A stretch of 64,000 nt of DNA from a virus. This document shows positions 46,842 through 55,999 of the stretch, in pieces. Position 1 is the stretch's first letter. Each line of letters starts with the position of its first letter. The stretch spans positions 64,001-128,000 of IMG/VR virus record IMGVR_UViG_3300030419_004857; one strand, written 5' to 3'. The translations under genes were made by a program, and so were the position numbers. Below the pieces are notes generated by a model. It saw nothing but the letters and a program-made list of their open reading frames with translations. It made no database searches and was not told the origin of the DNA.

Positions 46842-48830
46842 TTATTCGATATTAAATTTTTCTTTAAGTCTCTGACGTAATAGCGTATCAATTTGATTCA
46901 TTGTCATAGTTTGGTCATTTTGATATTCGTTGACCAACTCTCCAAATATAGTCATGATTTGTTCAGCAGTAGCTTGTTTTCTGGTGCTGAACGGAACATT
47001 CAAAAATTGTGGTGGCAATCCATGCGCCGCAACAACTTGTTGGTAATGAGGTTCAACAACCGGAAGTCCTCCATAGGGAGCAAATCCGGGGTGAAGACCT
47101 CCTTGTTGTAAATCCTTGTCGATATCATTGGTTGTTTTGCCCTGCGGCAATGATTCTAGGGGCATTACATACTCGTTGTCGTGCGAATGTTTATGGTTAT
47201 GAATATGTTCATGCTCATGTATATGTTTTTCGACCTCTGAACACCCAGAGGCGTCTCCATCTATATTATACCCCTCTTCTCGATCATTGTCAATTTCTTT
47301 TTCGTCTTCTTCTTCTTTTCTTCGTCTTCGTCTCCTATTTAGTAGGAATGGAACGCCATATTTAAGAGCAAGCATTCCTAAGCTTGCTCCACCGAGGGTA
47401 AAACTGACATTCTCAACCGTATTGCCATTTCCTCCAGTCACATCATCCATGTAATGTCCAGAGCCTTCTTTAAGATTTGATATCTCTCCATCTTTTTCTA
47501 CAATAAATCCTAACAACTGGTCTATTCTAGATTTTAAAGTATCTTTTTGGCCTTCAACAGTTCCCAAAAGATCTCTCAACCCGTTTACCTCATTTTGAGA
47601 GTCCAATAGACTGCTGTTAGTTCCACTAAGCTCAGCCTTTAAGCTTTCAGACAAAGCCTCTAGATTTGTAAGCTTCTCTTTTAGCTCGGTAATCTTATCA
47701 AGGTACTCCTGACGCTCTTTGTCAAAATCAGGTGGGGGATCAACAGGATCGCCGGGATCAGGTCTTCCCGGCCAACCGTTAAATCCACCACCGTTGTCAG
47801 GAGGTTGAGGGTTTGGGTTTGGGTTTGGGTTCGGTGGTGGACAACGGTTAAATGGACACCACGGGAACAGACCATTACCTTCGTATAGCTCTCCAACTCT
47901 TATTCCACCGTAGTATCTTGCAGTATCTGCAATACCACCATCCTGAAACTTGAGTTCGGGGCAAAACATAAATTCACCCTTCTTGGTTCTCCTGAGACCA
48001 CCATCTTTTGGTATGACAACATGGTCACTAATCTTGTGCCCACAGTGCGGACAAACCTGATTCAATCTTTCTTTTGCGGATTTTTTAGTCTCGTCTTTCT
48101 CATAAACAACATTATATGAAGCCTCTATAGGATGTCCCTGACCGTCACCTTCTATGATAGCATAAATCTGTTTTAGAGATAGGCCAGCACCATAATCTGT
48201 AGGACCATCGTCAGTCCAAGCACCGTCGCCAACTCTCCAAGCAAGAAGGATACCTATTCTGGTTTGTAGTTCTCCTTCGCTATCTTTAACATTAATAAGT
48301 ACGCCGCTGCCAGATTGCCCACCGATAGGAGCGGCATTGAAACTAACAGTGGCTCCATGATTTCTAATAACCCTGCCCTTCCAAGAGCAAGCCCATTGTG
48401 CAGAGGGGCATCCGCCAGCTATAACAAGATCGTTGGCCTTTATCGGTGTTCCCTTTGGAGCTAGAGGAATAACTCTGGGAGGATAATGACCAAAATACTT
48501 TTTCTTAACTGATATAATAGACAGATCTAAAGCTGTTCCATCTTCATAAGCAGTATACTCTGTCTTAAAAGGAATCATTGCGGATTTATAGCCGTCTTGA
48601 AAGAACTCTACATGGCCTCTTCTGGCTCGACCTACAACGTGTCCGTTTGTTAGGATATAGTACTTGTCTTCATCTTCTTGGAAGACCGTGCCTGAACCTC
48701 TACCCTCACTGGTATTAACCCTACATACTCCTTCCAAAGCCTCGTCCATCGTAAGCGGTTTGGCAAAACCTAAAGCTGGGAAGAGCGTCATTATTGCCAA
48801 AACTACAACAGCTTGTATTAGTTTTTTCAT
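46842..48830 (-). CDS. Membrane-anchored trypsin-like protease with Pro/Asn linker, coiled coil and His-rich tail
   Basis: Signal peptide; TNGHV, DLSII, GGQSGSG; PNPNPNP; heptad region; hydrophobic segment followed by RRRRRRK. Confidence 0.82.
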   Translation of the reverse strand: MKKLIQAVVVLAIMTLFPALGFAKPLTMDEALEGVCRVNTSEGRGSGTVFQEDEDKYYILTNGHVVGRARRGHVEFFQDGYKSAMIPFKTEYTAYEDGTALDLSIISVKKKYFGHYPPRVIPLAPKGTPIKANDLVIAGGCPSAQWACSWKGRVIRNHGATVSFNAAPIGGQSGSGVLINVKDSEGELQTRIGILLAWRVGDGAWTDDGPTDYGAGLSLKQIYAIIEGDGQGHPIEASYNVVYEKDETKKSAKERLNQVCPHCGHKISDHVVIPKDGGLRRTKKGEFMFCPELKFQDGGIADTARYYGGIRVGELYEGNGLFPWCPFNRCPPPNPNPNPNPQPPDNGGGFNGWPGRPDPGDPVDPPPDFDKERQEYLDKITELKEKLTNLEALSESLKAELSGTNSSLLDSQNEVNGLRDLLGTVEGQKDTLKSRIDQLLGFIVEKDGEISNLKEGSGHYMDDVTGGNGNTVENVSFTLGGASLGMLALKYGVPFLLNRRRRRRKEEEDEKEIDNDREEGYNIDGDASGCSEVEKHIHEHEHIHNHKHSHDNEYVMPLESLPQGKTTNDIDKDLQQGGLHPGFAPYGGLPVVEPHYQQVVAAHGLPPQFLNVPFSTRKQATAEQIMTIFGELVNEYQNDQTMTMNQIDTLLRQRLKEKFNIE
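47809..47829 (+). repeat. (GGGTTT)3GGG microrepeat encoding the PNPNPNP linker
   Basis: Directly visible. Confidence 0.9.
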
Positions 48831-48835
48831 GACCT

Positions 48836-49489
48836 TTACCAGTCCTTACTGATGGTGAATTGATACTTGAAAAGTGCTGACCTAGCTAAATCAGCGGGCG
48901 TAACAGCCGTGTCTGCTAAGTACGGCACTGGATCTACATACGCTTTGCGGTAAGCATAAGCGACAGCAGTGCTGCACACGAAGACATTTGTTGGTTCTTC
49001 ATCCTTGATATTCTGTTTTGCTAACCTACAGAACGGTAAATAGTGCTTAGCTAATTTCATGAAGTTTTTCCAGCCATAGGGTAGGCCGGTAAGATCTAGC
49101 ATAACATCCGAAACCGAATGAGCGACAGATTCACTAAAGATATCTATTTGCTCTTTTTCCTCATATGCAACCTTTATAGATCTTTGCTCTTCATTACTAG
49201 GCCAGCCGCTAAATTTATTGTGGTGCAATATATGAGCCGGTCTGAATACATCAATATTATCCGGGTGTGTTTCAACTTGACTCTTTAGAGAAACAGATCT
49301 AGCGCCTTTAAATTCTCTAAATTCTACACACTCCAAATTTCTTCCATCCCAATGGGCCATAGCCGCATGACTATGAACACCGCTCCCATATCTTTTTATC
49401 AACCAAGAAATTAGTCCCTCACCACGAAAGAGAAGCACGTCTGCCTCTTTGATGTACGTCTTGGCTTCGTGATAAGGAACTAAAATCAT
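48836..49489 (-). CDS. Permuted papain-like NlpC/P60 (YiiX/YaeF, C92) enzyme
   Basis: ADVLLFRG...ISWLI...SHAA, GLPY, FVCSTAVAYAY, VTPADL. Confidence 0.85.
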   Translation of the reverse strand: MILVPYHEAKTYIKEADVLLFRGEGLISWLIKRYGSGVHSHAAMAHWDGRNLECVEFREFKGARSVSLKSQVETHPDNIDVFRPAHILHHNKFSGWPSNEEQRSIKVAYEEKEQIDIFSESVAHSVSDVMLDLTGLPYGWKNFMKLAKHYLPFCRLAKQNIKDEEPTNVFVCSTAVAYAYRKAYVDPVPYLADTAVTPADLARSALFKYQFTISKDW

Positions 49490-49491
49490 TA

Positions 49492-49812
49492 CTATTTTTC
49501 TTCCAGCTTTTTGTCTATTCTATCTAATATGTCAGCAATTCTCCTTTGATCATTGACTATTTGCGTCATGATTTGCTGCATATCTTTTTGAACTTCTGCC
49601 CAGCTTCTGGGCACATAAACTAGCGGAGTCCCGTCTGAGTCTTGTCTGGATATAACTTTATAAGTATGTTGCATCCAGTCTCGCTCTTCATCCATAAGAA
49701 CAGATTTTGGCGGAACAGATTTTAAAATTAGAATTTCAATGACCTTCCCTAAACCCATAACTATGGCAACTATAGCTGCCAACGCCGGAATCGAAAGAAT
49801 GTCTACATCCAT
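49492..49812 (-). CDS. Single-TM holin-like protein
   Basis: N-terminal TM and C-terminal coiled coil; GGAG RBS supports a start at 49812. Confidence 0.5.
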   Translation of the reverse strand: MDVDILSIPALAAIVAIVMGLGKVIEILILKSVPPKSVLMDEERDWMQHTYKVISRQDSDGTPLVYVPRSWAEVQKDMQQIMTQIVNDQRRIADILDRIDKKLEEK

Positions 49813-49827
49813 CAATTTATTCTCCAG

Positions 49828-49865
49828 AAAAGGGTCAGGGGGCCACGCTTGTGACCCCCATGACC
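49828..49865 (-). terminator. Rho-independent terminator
   Basis: GC-rich stem GGTCATGGGGGTCAC-aagc-GTGGCCCCCTGACC plus TTTT. Confidence 0.7.
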
Positions 49866-49881
49866 ACAAAAAAATTATGGA

Positions 49882-50541
49882 TTAGCCACCAGTGACAGCA
49901 CTGTAATCCATGAGGTTTTCAACTCCCGTGCCGTCGCCACTTACAGAAGCGCCGTCAAAGTTTACGAAGTTGATAAGTACTGCAAACTCGCCCGGAATAG
50001 CTCTGCTTGCTGCGGCAGCACTATCAGCAGATGCGCCTCCACCAACCGGATTGATATAGGTAGACTTCGTACCCTTGCCGGTTCTAGTGCCGCTAAGAGC
50101 GCCCGTACCGAATATATCAAGGATCGTGTCGGCCCAAGTACCATATTGGTAATTGCTTTCAGTACTATGAATGTTTCCAGCGGGACGACTTGTGCCATCG
50201 GAGCCGAGGACATTCAGAATATCTGCGGTAGCCGCCTTGCCACCAATAAGTGTTTGCACTCCGCGAGCCAAAAAGCCACTGTTGGCTTTTGTTCTTGAGA
50301 CTGCATGACCGCTTGGGTTGTAAGCAAGGTCTTGACTTGAAACAGTTTTGTCTACCCAAGTCGAATCAAATACTAGTGAACCATAAGAATCAGCACCATC
50401 TACTAAGGAGATGATATCTTTGTTTGTCCACCTAGAACTAGAGATGGTTCCGCCATGTGCAATTACGCCACTGTCGGAATCTCCGCTAACTCCAGTTACA
50501 ACGCCGCCTGTAGCCGTCTGTGTATGTGTGCTCGTAGCCAT
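49882..50541 (-). CDS. Gly/Ser/Ala/Thr-rich putative virion protein
   Basis: Composition; own promoter motif, RBS and terminator. Confidence 0.6.
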   Translation of the reverse strand: MATSTHTQTATGGVVTGVSGDSDSGVIAHGGTISSSRWTNKDIISLVDGADSYGSLVFDSTWVDKTVSSQDLAYNPSGHAVSRTKANSGFLARGVQTLIGGKAATADILNVLGSDGTSRPAGNIHSTESNYQYGTWADTILDIFGTGALSGTRTGKGTKSTYINPVGGGASADSAAAASRAIPGEFAVLINFVNFDGASVSGDGTGVENLMDYSAVTGG

Positions 50542-50609
50542 GATATTGCCTTTCTATAAGCAATGATCGATTCCTTTATTTCCTATTTATTGATAGTCCA
50601 GTCCTTGTA

Positions 50610-50622
50610 TATTATACACCAT
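50610..50622 (-). promoter_or_regulatory. Putative phage late promoter ATGGTGTATAATA
   Basis: Identical to 4677-4689. Confidence 0.55.
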
Positions 50623-50629
50623 AAAGAAA

Positions 50630-51115
50630 TTATTCTGACACATACTCTTTTAGCTTTTCGAGAGCGGATATGATGTATCTTCTTGCAGTTTCCCTACTGT
50701 AGTTGTTTTTTTTGCCTATTTCTTCCATTGTGAGGTTGTCAAAAAACCTTTGTTTGATTACAGTTCTTAATCTAGGGTGTAACTTTTGTAAAAGATCCTT
50801 GATTTCTGCTATTTCTACATCATTGCAAACGCCGTAATTCTCTTGGTATTCGACAGATTTCTTATGTTTGTTGATGGAATAAAGCTGTTTTTTGCACTCC
50901 CAGTCTGCACGCTTATAAAGAAAAGAGGTGAACTTGCCACCCTTCTCGGGGTCAAAAGCTTTTAAAGCTTCCCAGAGCGCTATTAATTTGCATCTTTCTA
51001 GTTCGTCTGCTGGAATAGATTTGACATATCTAGAACATGCCTTGTTAAGAATATTGATATTGTTTCTGTCCTTAGAAGCTTCATCAAATTCTTTGTTTCC
51101 TATGGGGGTGAGCAT
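50630..51115 (-). CDS. Second phage sigma-70-family factor
   Basis: IALWEALKAFDPEKGGKFTSFLY; VIKQRFFDNLTMEEIG....SRETARR. Confidence 0.85.
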   Translation of the reverse strand: MLTPIGNKEFDEASKDRNNINILNKACSRYVKSIPADELERCKLIALWEALKAFDPEKGGKFTSFLYKRADWECKKQLYSINKHKKSVEYQENYGVCNDVEIAEIKDLLQKLHPRLRTVIKQRFFDNLTMEEIGKKNNYSRETARRYIISALEKLKEYVSE

Positions 51116-51137
51116 ATTTATCCTTCCTAAGACCTCC

Positions 51138-51767
51138 TTATAAGTCAAACCCTCTTTGTATTATAGATCCGCCAAACTTCTCTTTATCCGCTTCATACCC
51201 AAAAAGAGTTTCTAGGTAGTCTCCGTCATTTGCATCGTTTGTGCTGGCGTAATCTATTTCTCCTTCTGGACTTACATATATAGCCCAATACTTATCAGAA
51301 GAAATTATATTCTTAATAAGAGCGACGGCGTCCTCTACATCCTGAGTCATGTCATCGTCTTTAGCGGGTTTTTTCTTTTTGGTCTTTGAGAGATCACATA
51401 TAGATTTCTCTAGCTTGTGTCTCACATTTTTAAAATCAAAAAGCTTGCCCACACCAACGAAAAATCTGTATCTGCTCAAGACCATCAAAAGTTCTATACC
51501 TCTGATTTTCTCGATTTTTTCTTGCACACTTTTGGTAATATCAAAATTTGTATGCCCAGTCCAGCAATCAAGCTGTTTAATGGGATTTGCTTTATCGTGA
51601 AGCTGAAAAATGCCAATCGGAGTGCTAACCAGTTTTGGAATTTTTTTCATCAAAGCCATGGCATCCGACGCTAACTCTTCATCCTCGTCGTCTATCTCTA
51701 ACATTTCTGCTATTTCTTGCTCTATTAGATCGGCGTCCCATTTTTCCCACGCTATAACCTTTTTCAT
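51138..51767 (-). CDS. Hypothetical protein
   Basis: Long ORF; WTGHTNFDIT and SRYRFFVGVGKLF look like conserved motifs. Confidence 0.75.
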   Translation of the reverse strand: MKKVIAWEKWDADLIEQEIAEMLEIDDEDEELASDAMALMKKIPKLVSTPIGIFQLHDKANPIKQLDCWTGHTNFDITKSVQEKIEKIRGIELLMVLSRYRFFVGVGKLFDFKNVRHKLEKSICDLSKTKKKKPAKDDDMTQDVEDAVALIKNIISSDKYWAIYVSPEGEIDYASTNDANDGDYLETLFGYEADKEKFGGSIIQRGFDL

Positions 51768-51800
51768 TATTAAGCCCTCTTGGGGGTAATCGAAGACGCA

Positions 51801-52214
51801 TTATTCACTCGCTTCTTGTATGTTTCTAGCCACGTCTGTTGGTCTTACCACTAAATCATCACTATCTTCTTTTGTCTGATCAAGGGAAAATAAAGACAAC
51901 GCCTCCTTGGCTCGCTCTTCTTCCCAATGTGCCAAATGCCTCAATATATCTATGTATAATTCTGAGCGGTCTTTATTGGAACATTCTTGCTGTAAAAATT
52001 TTAAAGTATCTTCTTGAAGAGATCCAATAGATACACTATGTAACAATTCGGCAAATCGCAAGTGGTCTCCGTCTCCAGAAGACCACTCGCAATCTACCCA
52101 AATCGTATTATCTTTATCAACAACGTAAGTTAAAGACGCAATGATACCCTCCATGGTATCCTCATCCTTTTTTTTGCGCCAAAAGGCTCTTGTAAACAAA
52201 TTTAAAAATTTCAT
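51801..52214 (-). CDS. Hypothetical protein
   Basis: Operonic ORF. Confidence 0.7.
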   Translation of the reverse strand: MKFLNLFTRAFWRKKKDEDTMEGIIASLTYVVDKDNTIWVDCEWSSGDGDHLRFAELLHSVSIGSLQEDTLKFLQQECSNKDRSELYIDILRHLAHWEEERAKEALSLFSLDQTKEDSDDLVVRPTDVARNIQEASE

Positions 52215-52402
52215 CCAATATCCTTAATACAGTTTAGGCAACTATCTGCATGCTCATAATCTTGAAGTGCATTAATTGCTTCTTCTACGATATTAGAATG
52301 ATCTCCAATACCTATGAAATTTAGAGTATACAGTTGATACCTAACAAGAGCTTCCTCTCTCTTAGCTTCAAAATGTTTAATAACAGCCTTCTTAGCATCC
52401 AT
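52211..52402 (-). CDS. Small hypothetical phage protein
   Basis: GAGG RBS; GIGDH motif. Confidence 0.7.
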   Translation of the reverse strand: MDAKKAVIKHFEAKREEALVRYQLYTLNFIGIGDHSNIVEEAINALQDYEHADSCLNCIKDIG

Positions 52403-52430
52403 GTTTTTTCCTCACGTGGTTGTAAAAAAA

Positions 52431-52607
52431 TTAAGCAGCCCTTAGACTATCGCCAACAATCCAAGCACCACCCAGAAGCACTACGTGGTTAACTTGCTCC
52501 GCTGATAGGCCAAGACCCAGACCGTCAAAAATGACGAAAGCAACGCCACCAATGGCGAGCCAAAATCTACGAGATCCAAAAAGTGATTGTATCTTGTTCA
52601 GCATCAT
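52431..52607 (-). CDS. Small 2-TM holin-like protein
   Basis: SRRFWLAI...two TMs...WIVGDSLR; GGAGG RBS; dual Met start. Confidence 0.6.
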   Translation of the reverse strand: MMLNKIQSLFGSRRFWLAIGGVAFVIFDGLGLGLSAEQVNHVVLLGGAWIVGDSLRAA

Positions 52608-52672
52608 CAGTCCTCCATCTAAAGTAAAGAAACAACAAAATAACACCAACTGGTGTTTGTTCACTCGTTCAC

Positions 52673-52879
52673 TCAGCCCTTACATCCGCACACGCCGCCA
52701 GACAAACATACACAGTTATCACCACATGCACAGTCATCACAAACGCAAGCAGTCTTGTCCCCAGCGTGTGGGCAAACATGACTGTGTCCCAAAAGTGGAC
52801 ACCAGTGTAATGAATAACCAATTCCCACGCCGATTAAAAGGCATAGCCAATGATTCTTAATTAGATCTAGCATATTCAT
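52673..52879 (-). CDS. Membrane-anchored metallothionein-like peptide
   Basis: Hydrophobic N-terminus; 11 Cys including four CxC; 5 His. Confidence 0.55.
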   Translation of the reverse strand: MNMLDLIKNHWLCLLIGVGIGYSLHWCPLLGHSHVCPHAGDKTACVCDDCACGDNCVCLSGGVCGCKG

Positions 52880-53747
52880 GCTCCTTCTGTAAAAATTTAA
52901 AACTTAATGGTATCTCATTGTGACACCACGACACGTTTTGGAACATAGGTTCCAAAGCATTTAAATCAATAACCTCTCCATCAAGATAACGTTTGTTCAA
53001 ATCACTCTCAGTATGTGGGTTAATTTGTCCTGAAATCATTGGTGGATCTTGAACACAGTTGCAAGGAATGCTAAAAAGAACATTCTGTCTGTATGCCACC
53101 ATATGATCTCCGAGACTGTTGGTTTCGTCAAAAACTTTTCCACCTCTCCTTGTTCTTCCAGCTAATATTCCCTCCCACTGTCTTAAATAATCAAACTCAT
53201 ACTTCGTAGTTAATTCCGCTAATTCGCCGCCCCTATAAATATGACCGTCTAACGAAATAGGATATCCGTAATTCAATTTTGAATCCCATTCTAGCCAATT
53301 CCATTTAACAAAATGAGGACTAACGACGGGGTTCTGTAAGTAGTATTTATATTTTGGTTGTAGGTAATCTTGTACTGCGGTGTTCAACCCCATGCGAAAA
53401 GAAAAACAAAACACGTCATCTTCAAATTGTTGTTCAATCAATCCTGCCCCACTAGGAAGCTTCTTATAAAAAATACAGTCGTCTACAATCCCGCAGATAT
53501 AGCCAGCACTATAATCAATAATAGTTCCAATAAAGTCTTTTGTAAAGTCTTTTTCTCTTTGCCACTCGATATTTTCCAAAATTTTTTCTTCTTGTAGTTT
53601 TATATATCCAGCTTCATATTCGTCATTGGATGCAGTATATAGGATATGAATTTTTGTAAAGACATCGTTCGTATTTTGTTTGATACTTTCTAATAACAAT
53701 CTAAGCTGACAAGCTCTGTCTTTTGACGGCACTAAAGCGTTTATCAT
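52857..53747 (-). CDS. GT-A-like glycosyltransferase, paralogue A
   Basis: SKDRACQL.LLLESI, VDD, FRMGLN, YPISLDGHIY. Confidence 0.65.
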   Translation of the reverse strand: MINALVPSKDRACQLRLLLESIKQNTNDVFTKIHILYTASNDEYEAGYIKLQEEKILENIEWQREKDFTKDFIGTIIDYSAGYICGIVDDCIFYKKLPSGAGLIEQQFEDDVFCFSFRMGLNTAVQDYLQPKYKYYLQNPVVSPHFVKWNWLEWDSKLNYGYPISLDGHIYRGGELAELTTKYEFDYLRQWEGILAGRTRRGGKVFDETNSLGDHMVAYRQNVLFSIPCNCVQDPPMISGQINPHTESDLNKRYLDGEVIDLNALEPMFQNVSWCHNEIPLSFKFLQKEHEYARSN

Positions 53748-54595
53748 TAATTTTCCGATTCAAAGTGATATTGAATTTCTTGATGACATCCTTTCACATT
53801 GGAAAAATCCATAGCGTCCAGATCTATGAATTGCCCAGATAAAAATAATCTGTTCAGTTCTCTTAATTCAACTCCATAAACCTCTCCAGCTTTATTCTTT
53901 GATGATCCAACAATGTTTATAGGGTCGTTTACAACAACGCTTTCATTAAGACAGGCCATAAAAGGGGGTGAAGTTTGTCGATTAAAACTATCGGATTTCT
54001 CAAAATTGTTGGGAGTATCAAAGTCGTATGTCATCATTTTCAAGATTCGTTTTGTTTTGTATATGTGACCATCAACAGAAAAGGGATAGCCAAAATTGGT
54101 ATTGTTGGGAATTTTAGTCCAATCCCAGACTACATACTCGCCATTATTTACTATTATTTTTTCCTTGGGAAGAGGGCATATTGTTTGATTGTACTGACTT
54201 TGTACTGTTGTATTTGACCCAAGTCTTAATGAAAGACATAATAACAGATCCTTTTTATCATTAAAATGCTCGAACAGTGTGTCAACAGAATTTATAGAAA
54301 TATCTATTCTTCTATAAACAATGTCATCGTCAGTAAAAAAGCAAACATATTTGTCTGACTGGTTGATTGCTTCTAATGTTATCTTTTTGAAATCTGAAGG
54401 AGGTGTTTGTTGTTTAATCCATCGTATATTTTTGTGCTGACTTTGTAGTAGATCATATCCCTCTTGAAATTCATTATCGGATGCGCTATAAATTATTGTT
54501 ATATCAAAAAGATGAGAACAATTTTTTCTTATACTATCTAAAAGCAAGTTGAGTTGACTGGCTCTGTCTTTGGAAAAGATAATAGCAGATATCAT
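53747..54595 (-). CDS. GT-A-like glycosyltransferase, paralogue B
   Basis: FSKDRASQLNLLLDSI, FTDDD, LRLGSN, YPFSVDGHIY. Confidence 0.65.
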   Translation of the reverse strand: MISAIIFSKDRASQLNLLLDSIRKNCSHLFDITIIYSASDNEFQEGYDLLQSQHKNIRWIKQQTPPSDFKKITLEAINQSDKYVCFFTDDDIVYRRIDISINSVDTLFEHFNDKKDLLLCLSLRLGSNTTVQSQYNQTICPLPKEKIIVNNGEYVVWDWTKIPNNTNFGYPFSVDGHIYKTKRILKMMTYDFDTPNNFEKSDSFNRQTSPPFMACLNESVVVNDPINIVGSSKNKAGEVYGVELRELNRLFLSGQFIDLDAMDFSNVKGCHQEIQYHFESEN

Positions 54596-54597
54596 TA

Positions 54598-54927
54598 TTA
54601 CTCCTTTGGAACACAGTTTCCATCTTTCTCTACGTATCCTTCGTTACAATTGGGTGGATAGCCAGCCTTATCATCGGCATAAGATTCTGATACTTTATTT
54701 AAAATATGATCTGGCATTTTTGATGCTTCAATAAGATCTTGCGCTCGCTGCGTTAGAAAGTAATGATGTTTTTTATATTCGGCGCTTGACATAGTACCAT
54801 CTCTCCATTGACTATGGCAAAACGCCACCCTTTGTTGTTGATTTGGAAACTTGTTTTTGGATTCTCTACTAGCCATACATCTTGATATAAATTTAGACTG
54901 TCTCTCGCCTTCACGGGGATGTGGCAT
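54598..54927 (-). CDS. Hypothetical phage protein
   Basis: P.P..GE.Q.KFISRCM...FP.QQQRVA.C..QW; GYPPNC.EGY.EKDG.CVP; AGGAG RBS. Confidence 0.7.
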   Translation of the reverse strand: MPHPREGERQSKFISRCMASRESKNKFPNQQQRVAFCHSQWRDGTMSSAEYKKHHYFLTQRAQDLIEASKMPDHILNKVSESYADDKAGYPPNCNEGYVEKDGNCVPKE

Positions 54928-55999
54928 TGATAATCTCCTTGGCTGTATTCTCCCAAGAATACTTTTTAGCGGTCTCTATGCCGCCGGAATTTGTATGTAG
55001 ATTTCCAGATTGTTTGAGGTCATGAATCATGCGCAGATGTTCTACTAAAGAGTTAAATTGTGCGTCTTCAATTTTGGCCCAGTTGCCTTGTCCAAAAAAC
55101 CACTTGCCGTCCTGTGCTGGTTCAACACCGTCTGTGTCTATCAGAAGACAATTATTGTTATTGCAAAATTCAGTATGCGCGGAATAATTGGTGGCTATCA
55201 CCTGTTTTCCGCAACTCATCATCTCCAGTAACTCTAAATTCCAACCTTCTGCTCTAGCAGGAAACACTCCACAATCTGTTTGTATCATAATATTATACAC
55301 ATCATTTTGCGTTTGCTGCCTCGGAATCATTCTAATCTTATTACCCAATCCAGACTCCTTGTACATCATCTCCCAATTGGCGTTTTCTTCCCTAGAATAG
55401 AAAGGGTTTTCGCACATCATCCATAGTTCAACATCGTCTTCTTCTCCAAAGGCTTCATTAAAAGCTTTAACAAGTATATCATGCCCTTTTCTTACTTCCC
55501 ACTTGCCACAATTGAAGAAGACCGTCTCTTTTCTGGGGGAAGGTGCTTCTCTGAAAATATCTCTGTCTACTCCTAAAGGTATAATATGAGTATTAAGGGC
55601 TATGTTGTCATTTTTATATTGATTATACAAATTGGTAACTACAACATCTTTTGCCCACTGACTGCAAACAAAGATCTTATCTAGGTAGTCTAGGTGGTGC
55701 ATCTCTTGGGCGGTGAACGTGTCCAGTTCAAAAATGGGAAATCCTATGTGTTGTCCCCTGCCGATGAATTCAGCCATTGCATGTTGATGCCATATGCGTA
55801 TACATGGGGCATGAAAATCAGGAACCCCGGCGTTGTTCACACAGGATTGTAATACGTTAGAGTATTCGGGAGGGGCTTCTACGTGTCCTATGGTAAATAG
55901 ACTTACATCATGCTCCAATTCTGACAAAGCCTTAACAATATTAAGACCCGCTATACCGTAGCCCAACTGGTTAATGGGCGATATGACGTTTAGATTCAT
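54911..55999 (-). CDS. Family 4 glycosyltransferase
   Basis: GYGIAG, GKWEVRKG.D.L..AF, FPARAEGWNL..LEMMSCG...IATNYSA. Confidence 0.9.
   Translation of the reverse strand: MNLNVISPINQLGYGIAGLNIVKALSELEHDVSLFTIGHVEAPPEYSNVLQSCVNNAGVPDFHAPCIRIWHQHAMAEFIGRGQHIGFPIFELDTFTAQEMHHLDYLDKIFVCSQWAKDVVVTNLYNQYKNDNIALNTHIIPLGVDRDIFREAPSPRKETVFFNCGKWEVRKGHDILVKAFNEAFGEEDDVELWMMCENPFYSREENANWEMMYKESGLGNKIRMIPRQQTQNDVYNIMIQTDCGVFPARAEGWNLELLEMMSCGKQVIATNYSAHTEFCNNNNCLLIDTDGVEPAQDGKWFFGQGNWAKIEDAQFNSLVEHLRMIHDLKQSGNLHTNSGGIETAKKYSWENTAKEIINATSP

Noticed and set aside
47809-47829. Telomere-like or G-quadruplex GGGTTT repeat
   Set aside because: Fully explained as codons for the PNPNPNP linker; single short instance.
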